Part shown: positions 62,346 through 64,000 of the stretch, one piece after another | Layout: the number at the start of each line of letters is the position of its first letter | Numbering within the stretch: the first letter of the stretch is position 1 | Assembly: GCA_977016875.1 (NCBI GenBank) | Contig: CDRNST010000051.1 | Coordinates: forward strand, 5,394,001 to 5,458,000 | Reading direction: 5' to 3' | DNA from: Pavona decussata | Taxonomy: Eukaryota | DNA length: 64,000 bases | Made by a program: the position numbers and the translations under genes | The notes under the pieces: model-generated | Database searches by the model: none | Told to the model about the DNA's origin: nothing | What the model saw: the letters and a program-made list of their open reading frames with translations, nothing else

Positions 62346-62541
62346 GAATGTGTTTTAGTTTATTGAATGATTTATGTTGCATTATTTTTCATATTTGGGC
62401 CTGTTGTCTTTTAGTGGTACACTTCTGGATGCTATCAACCAAGGCTTGTCCTCCACAAAATGATTCTAGGCAGTGTGACCCACAGTGTCATCAAAACCTA
62501 ATGCCTACATATCATACCTACATGTTTAGAAGCCCTGCTTT

Positions 62542-62545
62542 AATA

Positions 62546-62577
<32 letters not shown>
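62542..62577. repeat. (ATG)n microsatellite
   Basis: Seen directly. Confidence 0.95.
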
Positions 62578-63102
62578 CTTAAACAGGGTGCATTTTCACA
62601 AATGTATCTACCAGTATTTAATCTATGCACCCTCAATGGCGTTGAGTGATTGGATTTCTTTGTACTGTCTAACAAGCTTAAAAGCACAACGTGATTATAA
62701 TTAAATCATTACTTTTTACTTATATTATCACTCGCTTGAACACTACGTTTTGTGATGATCATTAGTACTTCTTACCGTGAAGCAATCTCTTTTTGAAACA
62801 AGCTTCCTCAGATATTGTACCTCATCTTGTAAGGCACTCACACCTGAAAAACAAAATACCAGTATTCCCAAAGGTCAATAAATGCAGCCAACTTGAAAAA
62901 AATTATTGATGATATGCTCCATCCATGAACCATTTTGTAATGATTGATACTGACTAAAATGTAAGTCGGAAGCCTAAGAAAGAAGAATAGCTGATCCCTT
63001 TCCTTTAGTTCCAAATACATTTTGCTGTGTACAAACCATGCCGGTGTTCATTATTTTATATTATGCTCAACTTGAGATGCTTGAGGTGACGATTTTCAGT
63101 CC

Positions 63103-63281
63103 TTATAACATAGAGGGCAAAATTGCTGAATGCTGATTGGTTGGTCTCTTTTGTACGCTAAAAAAAGTTAATTGTTCGCTTGTTTTGCTTAAGGACGGGT
63201 GTTAATTTACTCTGGGCTGGGGCTGAATGTTTTGCGAAGTGCCTTGATGGTTTTAAGAAAATTTAGCCCTCTATGTTATAA
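63103..63281. mobile_element. MITE core with 15-bp inverted repeat TTATAACATAGAGGG
   Basis: Arms at 63103-63117 and 63267-63281. Confidence 0.7.
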
Positions 63282-64000
63282 AGACGTAATCACAATGAGT
63301 CCTCGTAGAATTAAAGATTAATTTTCACTTGTATTTTCAAAGTTTTTACAAATTGCCAGAGTCACACAGTGAAAATTAATCCTTAACTCTACTCGCCCTC
63401 ATGCGATTACATATACAAAATTCTATGACACTAACTTCTTAAGGCAAATGGAAAAATTGTACACCAGTATAATTTTCTTTTTAAAAAGTATGCTTGGTCT
63501 TAGTTAGTAGCCACAAATCTCCAAGGCTTAGTTTGAGTTGAATTAATGTTCTTTGACTGTTATTGCAAAACGTACTTTGTGGGGTTTAAAAATTAATCTC
63601 AATAAAAGTAAGGTTGTCACCTAAACACTACACATATTTGCAAAAAGTTGTAATAGTTACATGTACAACTTATTAAAGCTACCTTGTAGAATTTGCAGTG
63701 CTTGCAAATTCCTTTTCACTGCAGCTTGGTTGGATTCACATTGCTAAAAAAATAAGACAAGATGAAGCAAACTTAGAGACTTACTGACATATTGTAACCA
63801 ACTCCTCAAACTAAATCAAGACTGTTCTTCTCTTGCCATTGATCCAGTCATGCAAGGACAAACATTTATTTATAAAAATTGAGAAACATGAATATTGGTG
63901 TGTGTCACTCTTACTGAATCATTTACATAATGGGTTACTCTAAATTGCATGGTCAAATTAATGTCGGGTACTGAGTGTGTTTTTGGTCATCTTAGGACCC

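Noticed and set aside
62348-62704. 118-aa ORF with poly-Met
   Set aside because: Produced by an (ATG)n microsatellite. No other coding signal.

Overview
AT-rich (~40% GC by eye) eukaryotic genomic DNA made almost entirely of nested, mostly decayed transposable elements. I found no intact host gene, rRNA, tRNA or CRISPR array. The mix of element families and the short MITEs suggest a cnidarian, probably a stony coral (inference from memory, not a search). Retroelements: two tyrosine-recombinase (DIRS/Ngaro) elements, two L1/Tx1 LINEs, a near-full-length RTE LINE, CR1/L2 fragments, a BEL/Pao gag and a young Gmr1-type Gypsy element. DNA transposons: Merlin (IS1595-like), PIF/Harbinger, Tc1/IS630 DD37E, CACTA-like, Zator-like and Academ-like, plus Kolobok-type and other MITEs and a Helitron-type insertion. 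The most striking structure is a 3.3-kb Merlin element (8086-11418). Its two divergent, intronless genes (a transposase and a CCDC106-like protein) share a compact TATA/CCAAT/octamer promoter. Each gene is followed 23-25 nt after its stop codon by the same histone-mRNA-type stem-loop. The layout mimics a replication-dependent H2A/H2B gene pair. All family assignments come from motif recognition and manual translation and should be confirmed with HMM/BLAST searches.
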